This document shows positions 30,796 through 41,910 of a stretch of 64,000 nucleotides of DNA, one piece after another; position 1 is the stretch's first letter; each line of letters starts with the position of its first letter. Both the position numbers and the translations under genes were made by a program. The notes under the pieces were generated by a model. It was not told the DNA's origin and did no database searches. It saw only the letters and a program-made list of their open reading frames with translations. This stretch comes from Nitrospirota bacterium (lineage in GTDB: Bacteria > Nitrospirota > Nitrospiria > Nitrospirales > NS-4): positions 32,001 to 96,000 of the forward strand of contig CAWBGA010000013.1 in NCBI GenBank assembly GCA_963788195.1, read 5' to 3'.

Positions 30796-32203
30796 ATGTC
30801 CGATCAGAAACACATTGTGATCATCGGCGCAGGCTCGGGCGGCTATGTGGCCGCGATCCGCGCCGCCCAACTCGGCGCCCGCGTGACGCTGGTCGAAAGC
30901 ACCGCCGTGGGCGGCCTCTGCCTGAACTGGGGTTGTATTCCGAGCAAGGCTCTCTTGGCGTGTGCGGAACTCGCGAACAAGATCAAGAAGGCCGAGGAAT
31001 TCGGCATCCTGTTGTCAGGCCCGGTCTCCTATGACCTCGCGCGCATGGTGGCGCGCAAAAACAAGATTGTCGGCACGCTCGTCAAAGGGATTCGCTCGTT
31101 GCTGTCCACGTGGAAAATAGATCTCCTCGACGGTCGCGGAGCGCTGGTTGGTGGCGAGAAGGTCCAGGTCGTCAAGGCTGACGGAACGGAGGCTCTTCTT
31201 GCACCGGATGCGGTGATCCTGGGCACCGGCACATTGTCGCCGGCCTTGCCGAATCTTCCGCTTGATGGGGTGCGGATCCTCAGCAGCCGGGAAATTCTGG
31301 ATCTCACGACGGTGCCGGACAGCCTGCTCATCGTGGGCGGAGGCGTCGAGGGATGTGAGTTCGCCTCACTGTTCAGCGCGCTGGGTACGCGGGTCACGAT
31401 CGTTGAAATGCTTTCCCGAATCCTTCCCGGCGAGGACGAGGAGGTGTCGGCTCTCTTGGCCGCGGAATTGAAGAAGCAGGGGGTCAGCATCTTCACCGGT
31501 ACTCGCGTGGACAAGGTGTCTGTCGCGGCGGATGGGGTGACGACGAGCTTTGCAACGAGCGGGCCCGTCACTTTCGAAAAGGTGCTTGTCTCCGTCGGTA
31601 GGCGCTTTAATAGCGCCGGACTCGGACTGGAAGCCGCCGGTGTCGCGCTCGGCCAACGAGGAGAGATTCTGGTCAACTCAAAGAATGGAAACAAACCACG
31701 CCGGCATCTATGCCATTGGGGATGTTGTGGGGACGGCGATGTTGGCACATGTCGCCTCGGCGCAAGGGAAAGTTGCCGTGCGCAATATCCTCGGCCAGCC
31801 GGCCGAGATGCGCTATGACGTTATCCCGGCGGGCATCTTCACGTTCCCGGAAATCGGGCGTGTCGGTCTCACTGAGAATGAAGCGAGACAGCAGGGAATG
31901 GAAGTCAGAATCGGCAAGTTCCGTCCTGTCGGTCTCGGCAAAGCTCATGCGACCGGCGAGACCGCGGGGTTGATGAAGATCGTCACCGACGCCAAGAGTC
32001 GAAAAATCGTGGGCGTGCATCTCATGGGCGCTCACGCCGCAGACCTCGTGCACGAGGCCGCGGTGGCCATGCAGATGGGTGCGACGGCGGAAACGCTCGC
32101 GGAAACCATCCATGCGCATCCCACGATGCCTGAGGGAATCATGGAGGCGGCGGAAGACGTCGACAACATGGCGATCCATCTGGCCCGGCGCCGCGCAGGA
32201 TAA
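30796..32203 (+). CDS. lpdA: Dihydrolipoamide dehydrogenase (frameshift near 31680)
   Basis: GGLCLNWGCIPSK; HAHPTMPE. Confidence 0.95.
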
Positions 32204-32209
32204 ACGGCA

Positions 32210-32761
32210 ATGACCGTTCTCCAGTCGCTAGCGATCAAGATCCTCATGCTGGGGATCACCGTGGGCATCATCTACTGGGGTGTGAGCGCCGACGATCAGC
32301 AACTGGCACGCGTACCCGAGCCGTCTGTGATGTCTCAGGCTCTTGAAGGGGTCCATGAAGAACCTCCGGTCAAACGCGATCCGGCCCCCGAAACCGATCG
32401 TAAGGTTGTCGTCGTCGAAGAGCCTTCGCCCAGCGGGGAGTCTGCCCTCCCAGACGGCCACGTCAGCGCTCTCGCTCCGGCAGAGCCCCCTCCATCTTCG
32501 TCTGTGCGCAGGGCCAAATCTTTTCTGACCGCACCGGCTCGCCGTCCCGTGCGATTTCCCATTGATTTGAATAAAGCCCGCATGAACGATCTTCTGGAAC
32601 TGCCGGGAATCGGCGAGAAGCTGGCGGAACGAATTGTGCGATATCGAAAAGATCACGGCCGATTCCAAAGTATTGAGGAACTCCGCAAGGTCAAGGGCAT
32701 CGGAAAGAAGCGGATGGAACGGCTTCGGCCTTTGGTGATCACGGCAGGCGCTCATGACTGA
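32210..32761 (+). CDS. comEA: ComEA-family helix-hairpin-helix DNA-binding protein
   Basis: N-terminal TM; IDLNKA; LPGIGEKLAERI; VKGIG. Confidence 0.85.
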   Translation: MTVLQSLAIKILMLGITVGIIYWGVSADDQQLARVPEPSVMSQALEGVHEEPPVKRDPAPETDRKVVVVEEPSPSGESALPDGHVSALAPAEPPPSSSVRRAKSFLTAPARRPVRFPIDLNKARMNDLLELPGIGEKLAERIVRYRKDHGRFQSIEELRKVKGIGKKRMERLRPLVITAGAHD

Positions 32762-33951
32762 GGTAGACAAACAAGTCCAGTTGATCGCCCGCGGGACGGT
32801 CGAGATCATTTCGACCGAAGGAGCTCGAGGAAAAACTTGCGGCCGCGTTGAAGGAGCGACGGCCGCTTCGCGTCAAGGCGGGGTTTGATCCGACGGCGCC
32901 GGATCTGCATCTTGGCCATACCGTCCTCATTCACAAGCTCAGGCACTTTCAGGAGCTGGGACACGACGTGATTTTCCTGATCGGCGATTTTACCGGCATG
33001 ATCGGGGATCCCACCGGTATGTCGGAGACCCGAAAGGCCCTGAGCAAAGCGGAGGTTCGCGAAAATGCGAAAACCTATGAGCGCCAGATCTTCAAGATCC
33101 TGGACCCGGCCCGCACCATCGTGGAGTTCAATAGCCGGTGGATGAATGTGATGAGCGCCGAGCAGCTGGTGCATCTCGCGGCGGGCTCCAGCGTGGCCCG
33201 CATGCTCGAGCGCGATGATTTTCACACGCGGTTTCAGGAGCAGAAGCCGATCAGCATCCATGAGTTTTTGTACCCGCTGATTCAGGGGTATGACTCCGTC
33301 GCTCTTGAAGCGGATGTCGAGCTCGGTGGGACGGATCAGAAGTTCAACCTCCTGGTCGGCCGCGATCTACAGCGCACGTACGGCCAGCCGCCGCAAGTGG
33401 TCATCACTACGCCGCTGTTGGAAGGGACCGACGGCGTCCGAAAGATGAGCAAGAGTTTCGGCAATTACATCGCTTTGGAAGACCCGCCCGCTGAGATGTT
33501 CGGTAAGATCATGTCCATATCGGATGCCTTGATGACGCGGTATTACGAGCTTCTGACAACCGCGGATCTGGACGCCGTCTCAAAACTGCATCCGATGGAA
33601 GCGAAGATCAAACTGGCCCAGGAGATCGTAGGCCGCTATCATGGCGCTGTTGCTGCCGAGCAGGCCCGGGCCGAATTTCAACGCCGTTTCAGCGAACGAG
33701 AATTTCCGCAAACCGCAGAGCGCAAGAGGTTGCCACGAGCCGCCAATACGCTCGTTGGAATGCTGGTGGGAGCCGGGCTTGCCCCCAGCAAGACTGAGTC
33801 GCGGCGGTTGATCGCGCAAGGCGGCGTGGAGGTCGATGGGGAGAAGGTGATGGACGGCGACCTCACGTTTCCATCAGATGCCTGTCAAGAGTATCGCGTC
33901 AAAGTCGGTAAAAAGCGGTTTGCCATTGTCCATTTTGAAGACGCCGATTGA
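32754..33951 (+). CDS. tyrS: Tyrosine-tRNA ligase (frameshift near 32815)
   Basis: [19 protein letters not shown]-terminal S4 domain. Confidence 0.97.
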
Positions 33952-33991
33952 GCGGTTGTAGTATCGCGTCTGCATAGTAGCAGCATACCGG

Positions 33992-34546
33992 ATGGATATT
34001 CAGACGATTTACGCCTTCGAGCGAGGACAAGTGGTTGTGGCTGTCGGTGACATCACAACGGAACGTGTTGATGTCATCGTCAATGCCGCGAATTCGACAC
34101 TGTTGGGCGGCGGCGGAGTGGACGGCTCGATCCATGCCAAGGGTGGCCCCTCAATATTGCGAGAGTGCGAGAAGATTCGGCGGAGCTTGCATCCCGGCGG
34201 GCTGCCTACCGGATTGGCCGTACTGACATCGGGTGGAAAACTACAGGCGAAGTTCGTGATTCACACAGTGGGACCCGTCAGAGGATCCCATGGAGGGCAA
34301 GAGGCGGTGCTTCTTGCAAGCTGTTATCGCAACTCATTGAGTCTCGCCGCGCAACATGCATTAGCGTCGATCGCTTTTCCCGCAATTTCAACCGGAGTGT
34401 ATGGCTATCCCAAGGAGGAAGCGGCCGCAGTCTCATCCCAGGCCATCAAGGCTTTTCTCGCGGACGATACGATCATCACGCTTGTCCGGCTGGTCTTTTT
34501 CTCTTCGCAAGACGCCGAGATTTATTTACAACATCACCAATTTTAG
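33992..34546 (+). CDS. Macro-domain O-acetyl-ADP-ribose deacetylase (YmdB-like)
   Basis: GDIT, VNAAN, GGGGVDG, HTVGP, PAISTGVYGYP. Confidence 0.93.
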   Translation: MDIQTIYAFERGQVVVAVGDITTERVDVIVNAANSTLLGGGGVDGSIHAKGGPSILRECEKIRRSLHPGGLPTGLAVLTSGGKLQAKFVIHTVGPVRGSHGGQEAVLLASCYRNSLSLAAQHALASIAFPAISTGVYGYPKEEAAAVSSQAIKAFLADDTIITLVRLVFFSSQDAEIYLQHHQF

Positions 34547-34568
34547 GTGAAGTCATCTGCAAGTGTTC

Positions 34569-34614
34569 GCGGTTCCCACGCTGTCGGTCGCAGCTTCAAA
34601 TCACTCCCGCTCCA
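34569..34614 (+). pseudogene. Degenerate copy of the 3' ~50 nt of tRNA-Gly(CCC)
   Basis: GCGGTTCCCACGCTGTCGGTCGCAGCTTCAAATCACTCCCGCTCCA versus tRNA GCGGCTTCCCAAGCCGTCGGTCGCGGGTTCAAATCCCGTCTCCCGCTCCA. Confidence 0.75.
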
Positions 34615-34679
34615 ATATTTCAATAAGTTCCGTTGAGTCTCCCGCTTTAATCGTCCCATTGCTCCGATGACGGGGTATT

Positions 34680-34880
34680 GCAGCCGGCTTACAAGACAGC
34701 CGCCTTTCCCGTGGCCCCGAGTTCGCCATTGCACCCGCCCCGCCCTGGACGGTGCACGGACAGACTCCTTCGCCCCTGACGAACTCTTCCTCCCATGGAC
34801 TGGGATCTTGTTGCACCCACCAGGGTCAAGCCTGCATTGCACCACCACCACACCCGCCCTTCCCAGGACACGTCGCGCGT
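34680..34880 (+). repeat. Dispersed modular repeat, copy 4
   Basis: CCCGAGTTCGCCATTGCACCCGCCCCGCCCTGGA; GGACAGACTCCTTCGCCCCTGACGA; CACCCGCCCTTCCCAGGAC. Confidence 0.8.
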
Positions 34881-35066
34881 TTGCGTCGACACGAAAGAGA
34901 TGTCGCCCCCCTATCTACTTCATAGCCATTAAGATATATCCCGTATATTGTGCGGCGACAGTTGGTAAGGCGTGTCATCCCGGCGTCGCCCGAAGGCCTG
35001 TACGGCCCTCATTCGCACTAAGACCGCCCTGCTTGGTCATTCTGAAAAGGTAAAAAGGAGCGGGAC

Positions 35067-36050
35067 ATGAATCGGTCTGTCTATGTACCCCTGTGCAGTC
35101 TTCTTCTCTTTGTTGCGCTCACCGGTCAGACCATGGGGGGAGTCCATGGGTTTCTCTACAGTGAGGGGACGTTCACGACGCTTGATGTTCCTGGGAGCCT
35201 TTCCACATCAGCCTATGCCATTAATGATAAGGGACAGATTGTCGGAGGCTTCGCGCAGCCCGGAGAACCCGGGGAGGCCGGTCAGCCGGGCCATGCCTTT
35301 TCTTACACGGGTGGGACATTCACCATTATCGATGTTCCCGGCAGTATCTCCCACGAGGCCTTCGGCATCAATGATACAGGCCAGATTGTAGGACGCTTCT
35401 CTTCTTCCGCGCAGAATCTCCGTGGCTTTCTCCTTACGGGCGAAACGTTCACGACGCTCGATGTCCCCGGCAGCCTTCTCACCCAAGCCTTCGGTATCAA
35501 TGATACGGGTCAGGTTGTCGGATCCTTCGACCTCCCGGTAGGGAGCAACGGTTTTCTCTTCACGGGGGGAGGTTTAATAACGCTTCCTGTTCCGTCCGGG
35601 AGTGCCTTCGCCCAGGCCTTTGGTATCAATGATACGGGCCAAATTGTGGGGAACTTCTTTGATGCCGAGGGGAAATTGCAAGGGTATGTTCTCGCTGGGG
35701 GAGCGTTCACGACGCTACATGTCCCGGGTAGTCAACAAACCTTGCCCCAAGGCATCAATGATACAAATCAGATTGTGGGAACCTTCCGGGATGCCATGGG
35801 AGGAGTCCATGGATTTCTCTACTCGGAGGGAACGTACACAACGCTTGATGTCCCCGGCAGTCTCCTCACCCAAGCCTTCGGCATCAACGATGCGGGCCAG
35901 GTTGTGGGACGCTTCGTAGATCAAACTGTCGTCCCCGAACCCGCGACCTGGCTCCTGCTCGGTTCCGGAATTCTGGCATTGATGTACTTCAGGAAGCGCC
36001 GCGCTTTTCCACCCTTGTCCGGCTGGTCTACTACTCACCGTACGAGGTAG
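35067..36050 (+). CDS. PEP-CTERM surface protein with about 6 HAF-like repeats
   Basis: Repeats of AFGINDTGQIVG...GFL...FTTLDVPGS; C-terminal VPEPATWLLLGSGILALMYFRKRR. Confidence 0.92.
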   Translation: MNRSVYVPLCSLLLFVALTGQTMGGVHGFLYSEGTFTTLDVPGSLSTSAYAINDKGQIVGGFAQPGEPGEAGQPGHAFSYTGGTFTIIDVPGSISHEAFGINDTGQIVGRFSSSAQNLRGFLLTGETFTTLDVPGSLLTQAFGINDTGQVVGSFDLPVGSNGFLFTGGGLITLPVPSGSAFAQAFGINDTGQIVGNFFDAEGKLQGYVLAGGAFTTLHVPGSQQTLPQGINDTNQIVGTFRDAMGGVHGFLYSEGTYTTLDVPGSLLTQAFGINDAGQVVGRFVDQTVVPEPATWLLLGSGILALMYFRKRRAFPPLSGWSTTHRTR

Positions 36051-36125
36051 ATTTTTACAGCGTCACCTGCAGCTCGGTACGGGGCTGCTTGGTCTTGGAT
36101 TCGCGCGCCCGCGGCGGAGTCGGCA

Positions 36126-36154
36126 TTGACTGCTGTATACAAGCATGCGATATT
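36126..36154 (+). promoter_or_regulatory. Sigma70-like promoter of tRNA-Gly
   Basis: TTGACT-17 bp-GATATT ending 10 bp before the tRNA. Confidence 0.55.
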
Positions 36155-36163
36155 GCTTCGCGG

Positions 36164-36239
<76 letters not shown>

Positions 36240-36468
36240 CTTTCTCACCGACTTGCATTCCATCGCGTGCCGCTGCACTTCTCTCGTTTCCGGTTTCCGT
36301 CACGGTTGGCTTTGCAGGCTGACTATCCCTCTCTCCCGCGGATCGCTGGTTCCCTGAAGGATGAAGTCTTCTCGAGCACTTCTTGCAAATGGCCTGCAGG
36401 GTTCTTTGCTAAGGATCATTTAAGGCAGTTCTAATGTCGGTTTAATCTAGATTCGCTATGCTGCAATC

Positions 36469-36639
36469 ATGATTCATATCTCTTTGGAGCCCGAGCAGTA
36501 TCGGCTTCTCATGGCGTGTGTTGAGTATTGTCTTGGTTTCGGCAAGACACATCCGTTGAGACAAGATTTCGAAGGCATTCAGCATGCCCTCGCAGGCCAA
36601 GTCTGTGAGGAACTGAGGCAGGAGGACAATCAGTCATAG
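36469..36639 (+). CDS. Possible 56-aa hypothetical protein (MIHISLEPEQYRLLMACVEYCL...)
   Basis: Protein-like short ORF with no clear RBS. Confidence 0.3.
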   Translation: MIHISLEPEQYRLLMACVEYCLGFGKTHPLRQDFEGIQHALAGQVCEELRQEDNQS

Positions 36640-36751
36640 TGCGATGATGGCATAGTGTTCCCCTCTCGGTCGGGTTCCATTTCAATGCGGTCTCGGCTAT
36701 CATTCCTTTCCGCGCATAACGGCTTGGGAAATCCGACCAAGGAGCATAACA

Positions 36752-37645
36752 ATGGCGACGCTACAGCGAGGCGCCACCGGCCCTGATGTCACGGCCTTGC
36801 AGAAGGCGCTCCAGGCGCAAGGTTTTCCTCCCGGCAATCTCGACGGAGTCTTCGGCCTCGGCACGGAAGCGGCGGTGCTGGCGTTTCAAAAGAGCGCGGG
36901 GCTGTTACCGGATGGCATCGCCGGGCCGCAAACGCTTGCCGCGCTGGGAATCTCCCCTGGAGAATCGCCGAGTCCCATCCCGGGCGTGACCGTCGTCATG
37001 GTTTCGGCGATGTTCCCACACACGCCTATTGGGAACATCAAGCAGAACCTGCCGATCGTGCTGCGCTCTCTGGTGAAGGCGGACGTTACCGGAAAACCCA
37101 TGGTGCTTACCGCGCTGGCCACGATTCGGGCGGAGACTGAGAGCTTCGAACCGATCCCAGAGGGCACATCCCGCTACAACAGCTCTCCGAACGGCCATCC
37201 CTTCGATCTCTATGACAACCGCCGCGATCTCGGGAACACGGGCCCGCCCGATGGGCTCCTGTACCGTGGACGCGGCTATATCCAGCTTACGGGGCGCTTT
37301 AATTACGCGAAATATGGGGCGCGACTGGGAATGGGCGATCAATTAATAGCTCAGCCTGATCTGGCTTGCGACCGGGATATCGCTGCTGATCTGCTGGTCG
37401 CCTTTTTACAGGACAAGCAAGCGGCGATCGAGGAAGCCATACTCTACCAGGAATTGTCGAGAGTGCGCCGATTGGTGAACGGGGGGGCGCATGGTTTGGA
37501 GCGATTTATCGAGGCGTACCAAGTTGGCGATAGGCTGCTCGGTAACAATGGCTTAGAACAGAGCACTACCGCACAAGTTCTCCGCACACGATCTGTCCTT
37601 GTTGACTTGCCCGTTCATCGCGCACGCATGCCCGCCCTGAGGTGA
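36752..37645 (+). CDS. Peptidoglycan-binding domain plus GH19 (chitinase/endolysin-like) hydrolase
   Basis: LQRGATGPDVTALQ...DGIAGPQT; ATIRAET; YRGRGYIQLTGRFNY; RRLVNGG. Confidence 0.88.
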   Translation: MATLQRGATGPDVTALQKALQAQGFPPGNLDGVFGLGTEAAVLAFQKSAGLLPDGIAGPQTLAALGISPGESPSPIPGVTVVMVSAMFPHTPIGNIKQNLPIVLRSLVKADVTGKPMVLTALATIRAETESFEPIPEGTSRYNSSPNGHPFDLYDNRRDLGNTGPPDGLLYRGRGYIQLTGRFNYAKYGARLGMGDQLIAQPDLACDRDIAADLLVAFLQDKQAAIEEAILYQELSRVRRLVNGGAHGLERFIEAYQVGDRLLGNNGLEQSTTAQVLRTRSVLVDLPVHRARMPALR

Positions 37646-38036
37646 CAGGGGGCGAGGAAGCGTTCGGTGAGGAAGAACCAGTGGGGGGCTGTGTCGATAC
37701 CGATTGCGCGATCAACCCTTGCTGGCCTCGCGTGACGGTCGCGGTCACCTGATCACCGACTTTTACATCGTGAGTCTCCCCGAGGACGCTTCCAAGCACT
37801 CGATCGATGGTGTTTCGTGTTGAACCGTTCACCTGGGTGTTGCGATCGAAATAGATCAAGACATTGTCTTTCGACCCGTCGGAGTTAACCTCGATACGGT
37901 CAGGATCCACACGCACGATTTTGCCCTGGATCGTTCCTGATGTGGCACCGGGTGGAATGGGATCGCTCGCGGAAATCGCAAGTGGCGGCAAGAGCAGTAC
38001 GGCGCAGAGACTTATGGTGACGAGTGTGACCTTCAT
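37566..38036 (-). CDS. Secreted OB-fold/DUF5666-like protein
   Basis: AAGGAGG RBS before MKVTLV signal peptide; VKVGDQVTAT. Confidence 0.6.
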   Translation of the reverse strand: MKVTLVTISLCAVLLLPPLAISASDPIPPGATSGTIQGKIVRVDPDRIEVNSDGSKDNVLIYFDRNTQVNGSTRNTIDRVLGSVLGETHDVKVGDQVTATVTRGQQGLIAQSVSTQPPTGSSSPNASSPPVTSGRACVRDERASQQGQIVCGELVR

Positions 38037-38121
38037 GGGTTGGCCTCCTTCAGAGAATCCTCGCCACAAGCTACCTTGAGCCGATATCGCGTTTCTAGTA
38101 TTCGGAGGAGGGGGCGTCTAC

Positions 38122-39097
38122 CTATGACGCCTTTCGTTTGCGACGCTGGGGAGGCGGAGCTTGCTGTGCGACCTTGGCGGGCGCCTTCCTTTTGACTTCT
38201 CCTTTCTGAAGGCTTCGCTTCAACGCCTCCATGAGATCCAGAACCTCACCGGCCGGGCGGGGTTGTGTTGGCGACAATCTCTTGGCCTTGCTGCTTCTTT
38301 TGAATTAACTCAAGGACTCGCTCGCGATACGTGTCGTGGTACTTGTGCGGATCCCATTGCTCGCTTGAGAGGCTTTCGATCAGCTTTCCGGCCAGGCTTA
38401 CTTCCTGGTCTTTCAATGCCAATTCGGGAATGTCGACCTCGTTAAAGTCTCGAATCTCGTCGCCCCAGTACAGTACTTCCAGGATGAGGCGATTCCGGTC
38501 TGTGGGCCTGATGAAGACGATCTTTTCCTTGCCGCGCATCACCAACTTGGCGATAGCTCCGCTCTTGCTGTCTCGCAACGCTCGGCCTAACAGCCAGTAC
38601 GGCTTCTCTCCGCCTTTGTCTGGTCCCAGGTAGTACGTCTTCTCAAAAAACACGGGATCAACGGTATCGAGCGGCACGAATTCTTGAATCTCCGCATGCT
38701 GATTGGTGGCATCCTCCAGGGCCTTCAACTCTTCAGGGCTGAGCGTCACGTATTGATTACGACCGACCTCATAGCCCTTCAGGAGACTTTCGCGAGGCAC
38801 CTCCTGGGCTCTGGAAACCGGTGAGATCGCGGGGGCATCCTCACTTTGACGGCTTTCCTTCAGAGGGCTTTCGTCTAGCTGAGTCTCCCGCACCATCTCG
38901 CTGGACTCTCTCGCGACCTCGCTGAAGGTATCCCCCGGTTCTTCGCCGCTCGTAGAGTATAGCCGTTGCTTTACGCGCTGGCCTTGAGGGTCGAGCCAAT
39001 GAAATGAGACGGCCTTGGATTTGGCCGCGGTGTAAAGTCGGACGGGAATATTCACGAGTCCGAACGAGAGCGTGGCCGATTGCAGTGAGCGAGGCAT
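38122..39097 (-). CDS. ku: NHEJ Ku protein (frameshift near 38255)
   Basis: LSFGLVNIPVRLY; LLKGYE; FFEKTYYLGP; YHDTYRE; VLDLMEALKRSL follows in another frame. Confidence 0.92.
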
Positions 39098-39275
39098 AGC
39101 AAACCCCATATACTGTGACGCTGATAAGCTATAAGCCCTTCCTTATACCACGGATGCGCGGTTTCCTCCACGATTTCGCGCAGCGCCGTGTGCAGCAGAC
39201 GTCAGCGAGGCGCCTGTTGAAGTTTGATCGTAAGATCATTACGATACGCCCCGCAAAATCCAGGAGTGGAACGAA

Positions 39276-40156
39276 ATGCGAGCGCGAGTGCCATTCGTGA
39301 TCGGGTTTCTTGTAAGCGTCCTAGCAATCGGAGAGTGCTGTCATTCCAGTGAGCGCCAAGGAAATATTCAAGGATGAGGCGGGGAGGACGCTCTACATTA
39401 TCGATGACGATGGAATAGTCTCAATGTTTGAAAACAGCTCCGGCGACATCACGCTGTCCGTAAAGCGGGGTCTGCGCGAGAAAATGTATCCGACGCTCGA
39501 TGAGATTACTCCCAGCCGTGTGGCTGCCGGCACGTCCACTACCCTGAAGCTTCGCGGGCAGAACCTCGTCGGCGCCAAAATCTCACTGGGTGTCCCGCAA
39601 ATTGAGGTCGGTGCATACCTCGGCCACCCTCAAATTGTAGAGGTGCCGATCCTGAGTACCAGCCAGCGTGGGTCCTGGTGATGTCGCAATCACTGTCTCA
39701 ACGCCTTTAGGGACTGCCGTCGGCAGTTTCAAGGTTACGGGGAAGCAGCTCAACGCAGGCATGAGTTCGCCGAGCCGGAATGAGATGGAGAAATTGACAG
39801 TCACTACGGAGGCTCCATCCTCCTGTCCGGAGGGCATGGTGGGAATTGCCGCAGAGCGAGGTGGATTCTGCATCGAAATCGATCACACCTTTAGCGGGGA
39901 TTTGCGAACGGCAGAACGGACCTGTGCGATGGGCGGGAAGCGCCTCTGTGATGCAAGCGAGTGGCATCAAGCCTGTGACCAGGCCCAAAACGGTCTGCTC
40001 ACGTTGAAGAATATGATCGGAGCCTGGGAATGGACCTCCTCCATAGGCTCGACCCGTCCCCTCACCTCAGTGTTGGTCGGGCAGGGGGATTGTACCGCCG
40101 AACGCAACTATCAACCCTGGAAGAGCGAGGTCATCTCGGGACGTTGCTGCAAATGA
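39276..40156 (+). CDS. Secreted IPT/TIG-like plus Cys-rich (FGE-sulfatase-like) domain protein, two frameshifts
   Basis: PTLDEITPS...LRGQNL; CPEGMV...FCIE; CAMGGKRLC..SEW..AC; GRCCK. Confidence 0.65.
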
Positions 40157-40518
40157 GACCCTTAGCCCGCGGGATACGAAGGGCGTCAGTCTTGACAGGC
40201 AATCAGGCTGCGGAGTGCGCGCATACGCATCGGCACGAAGAAGCAGATGACCAATTATCATCGTCAGCGGGAGATCTGATAGTCGTAACAGTGCCTTTCC
40301 CGTCGACCTCTGGTGACACGCGCGGGTATGCTACATTGTGGTAAGCGGCTTCGGAGGCAGTCCGAGTCGATCCAGCTATCAAACTCTCGACGAAGTAGGC
40401 AGGCAGAGCTTCACAGTCTTAGAAATGACCCTACTTAATATACCCACCTAAGTGGTTATTGCCTGAGGATGTGTAGCTATATAAGATATACTCATTACAA
40501 CAGTCTAGGGAGGGCGAT

Positions 40519-40761
40519 ATGACAGCAAGAACTAAGACGAAGGGCGTCGTCTCGTTGACGGAGCGGGAACAGGAAGTGCTCATTCACATCTGGAACGGCC
40601 TCAAGAATCGCGAAATTGGGAAGCAGTTGAAGATCAGCCATAAGACGGTCGAGGCCCATCGCGCCAACATGATGAAGAAGCTACGGGCGACAAATGCCGC
40701 CCAGTTGCTGAAAACCTGCTTTGAGCACGGTTTTCTACGGCAACCGCGTCGGGCTGCTTAG
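40519..40761 (+). CDS. Stand-alone LuxR/GerE-type HTH regulator
   Basis: LTEREQEVL...GLKNREIG..LKISHKTVEAHRANMMKKL. Confidence 0.92.
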   Translation: MTARTKTKGVVSLTEREQEVLIHIWNGLKNREIGKQLKISHKTVEAHRANMMKKLRATNAAQLLKTCFEHGFLRQPRRAA

Positions 40762-40859
40762 GCGAATATTCTGCCTTCGGAATCTGTCCCCGGGAGCCAA
40801 AGCCTGTCTCGGCAGGCTTGAGCCGCGGTGACAAGACGAACTGTCCCGTGGTGCACTAA

Positions 40860-41110
40860 GGAGCCCGTCCGGGGCACCCCTTGCTCTTCACATGCAAGGG
40901 GACGAACTGACTCCATGGATACGGGTTCAGGACCGAGCTGGTTACAGGGGAGAAGGAGTTTGTCCGGGGTACCCTTTACCTTCCTTTGCAAAGGGTCGAA
41001 ATACCTCCAGGCCACGGGAAAAGAGGCCGTCTCGGCGGCCGCGTGGGGTTGGGCAGGGATCGAGATGGCATGGTGGCAAAATGTGGCGGAGCTTCGAGCG
41101 GGTGCAATGG
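40860..41110 (-). repeat. Dispersed modular repeat, copy 5
   Basis: Minus strand CCCCTTGCATGTGAAGAGCAAGGGGTGCCCCGGAC, near-identical to 201-235; GCCCATTGCACCCGC. Confidence 0.8.
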
Positions 41111-41308
41111 GCTGGCCTATGTAACAATGGTATATGCCCTAGAAACAATAACTTAGGCCACGTGAGCTTGACCACGGGAATTCGGGTTTCGCCCGCCTTC
41201 CTGATCCTAAGGGCAATATTTAGTTGGTAAAACCTAAGAGATTCGGGCACACTCTCGCCGTCGGATTGCAATAGGGCCGATGCCACCTCTCATGTCGAAG
41301 GGGGACTT

Positions 41309-41479
41309 ATGGGATCCGAAAGGGCGATCAGTAATTTCAAATCCTGCTGTAAGGCGCTCGTAGACTCTGTCTCGCCGGGGCGCCCCCTGACTAAAGGACA
41401 GGAACTGACTGTGCTGTCCTATCTCTTAGTCGTGGAATCAGCCCTCGTCGTCAGCCACACGCAGGAAGGCAACAGCTAA
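41309..41479 (+). CDS. 56-aa hypothetical protein MGSERAISNFKSCCKALVDSVSPGRPLTKGQELTVLSYLL... (not in ORF track)
   Basis: GAAGGGGG RBS; pattern similar to 9514-9717. Confidence 0.55.
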   Translation: MGSERAISNFKSCCKALVDSVSPGRPLTKGQELTVLSYLLVVESALVVSHTQEGNS

Positions 41480-41602
41480 GCGTAGGCCTTGAGCGTTGAT
41501 CTTCGAAGGCAAGGCAGAGTTGCGGTTGGCCAAAACCTGCTCGGTATTCCAATAGGCTCCGTTCCTACAGTCCTCCCAGCCTCTCCTGTAGCGATCGCTT
41601 AT

Positions 41603-41647
41603 CCCCTACTTATAGATTAGGTCAACTATCTAATGGTGAATTTACCA
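41603..41647. promoter_or_regulatory. Candidate regulatory motif, copy B
   Basis: CCCCTACTTATAGATTAGGTCAACTATCTAATGGTGAATTTACCA. Confidence 0.5.
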
Positions 41648-41697
41648 GAGGGGCGACTTCTCTCTACCCTGCAGTTCGCCAAATAAGGGGGACTCAT

Positions 41698-41832
41698 ATG
41701 TTCATAGCAGGGGTTATAATCGGTATTCTACTCGGCATGACGGTGGCTATCTCGATCTTCCTGATGTGTCTGCTTCGAGTGCAGGGGCAAACAACGCATC
41801 GGAGAAGGGTATCTGTAGACAGATACGCATAG
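41698..41832 (+). CDS. 44-aa single-TM membrane protein MFIAGVIIGILLGMTVAISIFLMCLL... (not in ORF track)
   Basis: AAGGGGG RBS; TM helix followed by basic tail. Confidence 0.6.
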   Translation: MFIAGVIIGILLGMTVAISIFLMCLLRVQGQTTHRRRVSVDRYA

Positions 41833-41910
41833 CATCGGACCTTTAGACAGCGCACCTATCGCAAACAATTGCTCCGAAGACACCAGTGAGATCGACGCTC
41901 AGGTTACACC

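Noticed and set aside
31673..31700. Programmed frameshifting in lpdA, tyrS, recG or mtnA
   Set aside because: Too many unrelated genes are affected and no consistent slippery site is visible; sequencing error is simpler
34543..35053. ORFs over repeat copies (also 9317-9554, 12464-12920, 40758-41286, 41986-42180, 43088-43427)
   Set aside because: They are translations of the dispersed repeat, Pro/Arg-rich, with no coding signature
35130..35920. DGR-like template and variable repeats in the PEP-CTERM gene
   Set aside because: The repeats are in-frame protein repeats with no adenine-specific bias evident, and no reverse transcriptase is present
39320..39342. CIRCE-like element (TAGCAATC...GAGTGCTG)
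   Set aside because: The spacer is far shorter than 9 bp and it lies inside a coding region
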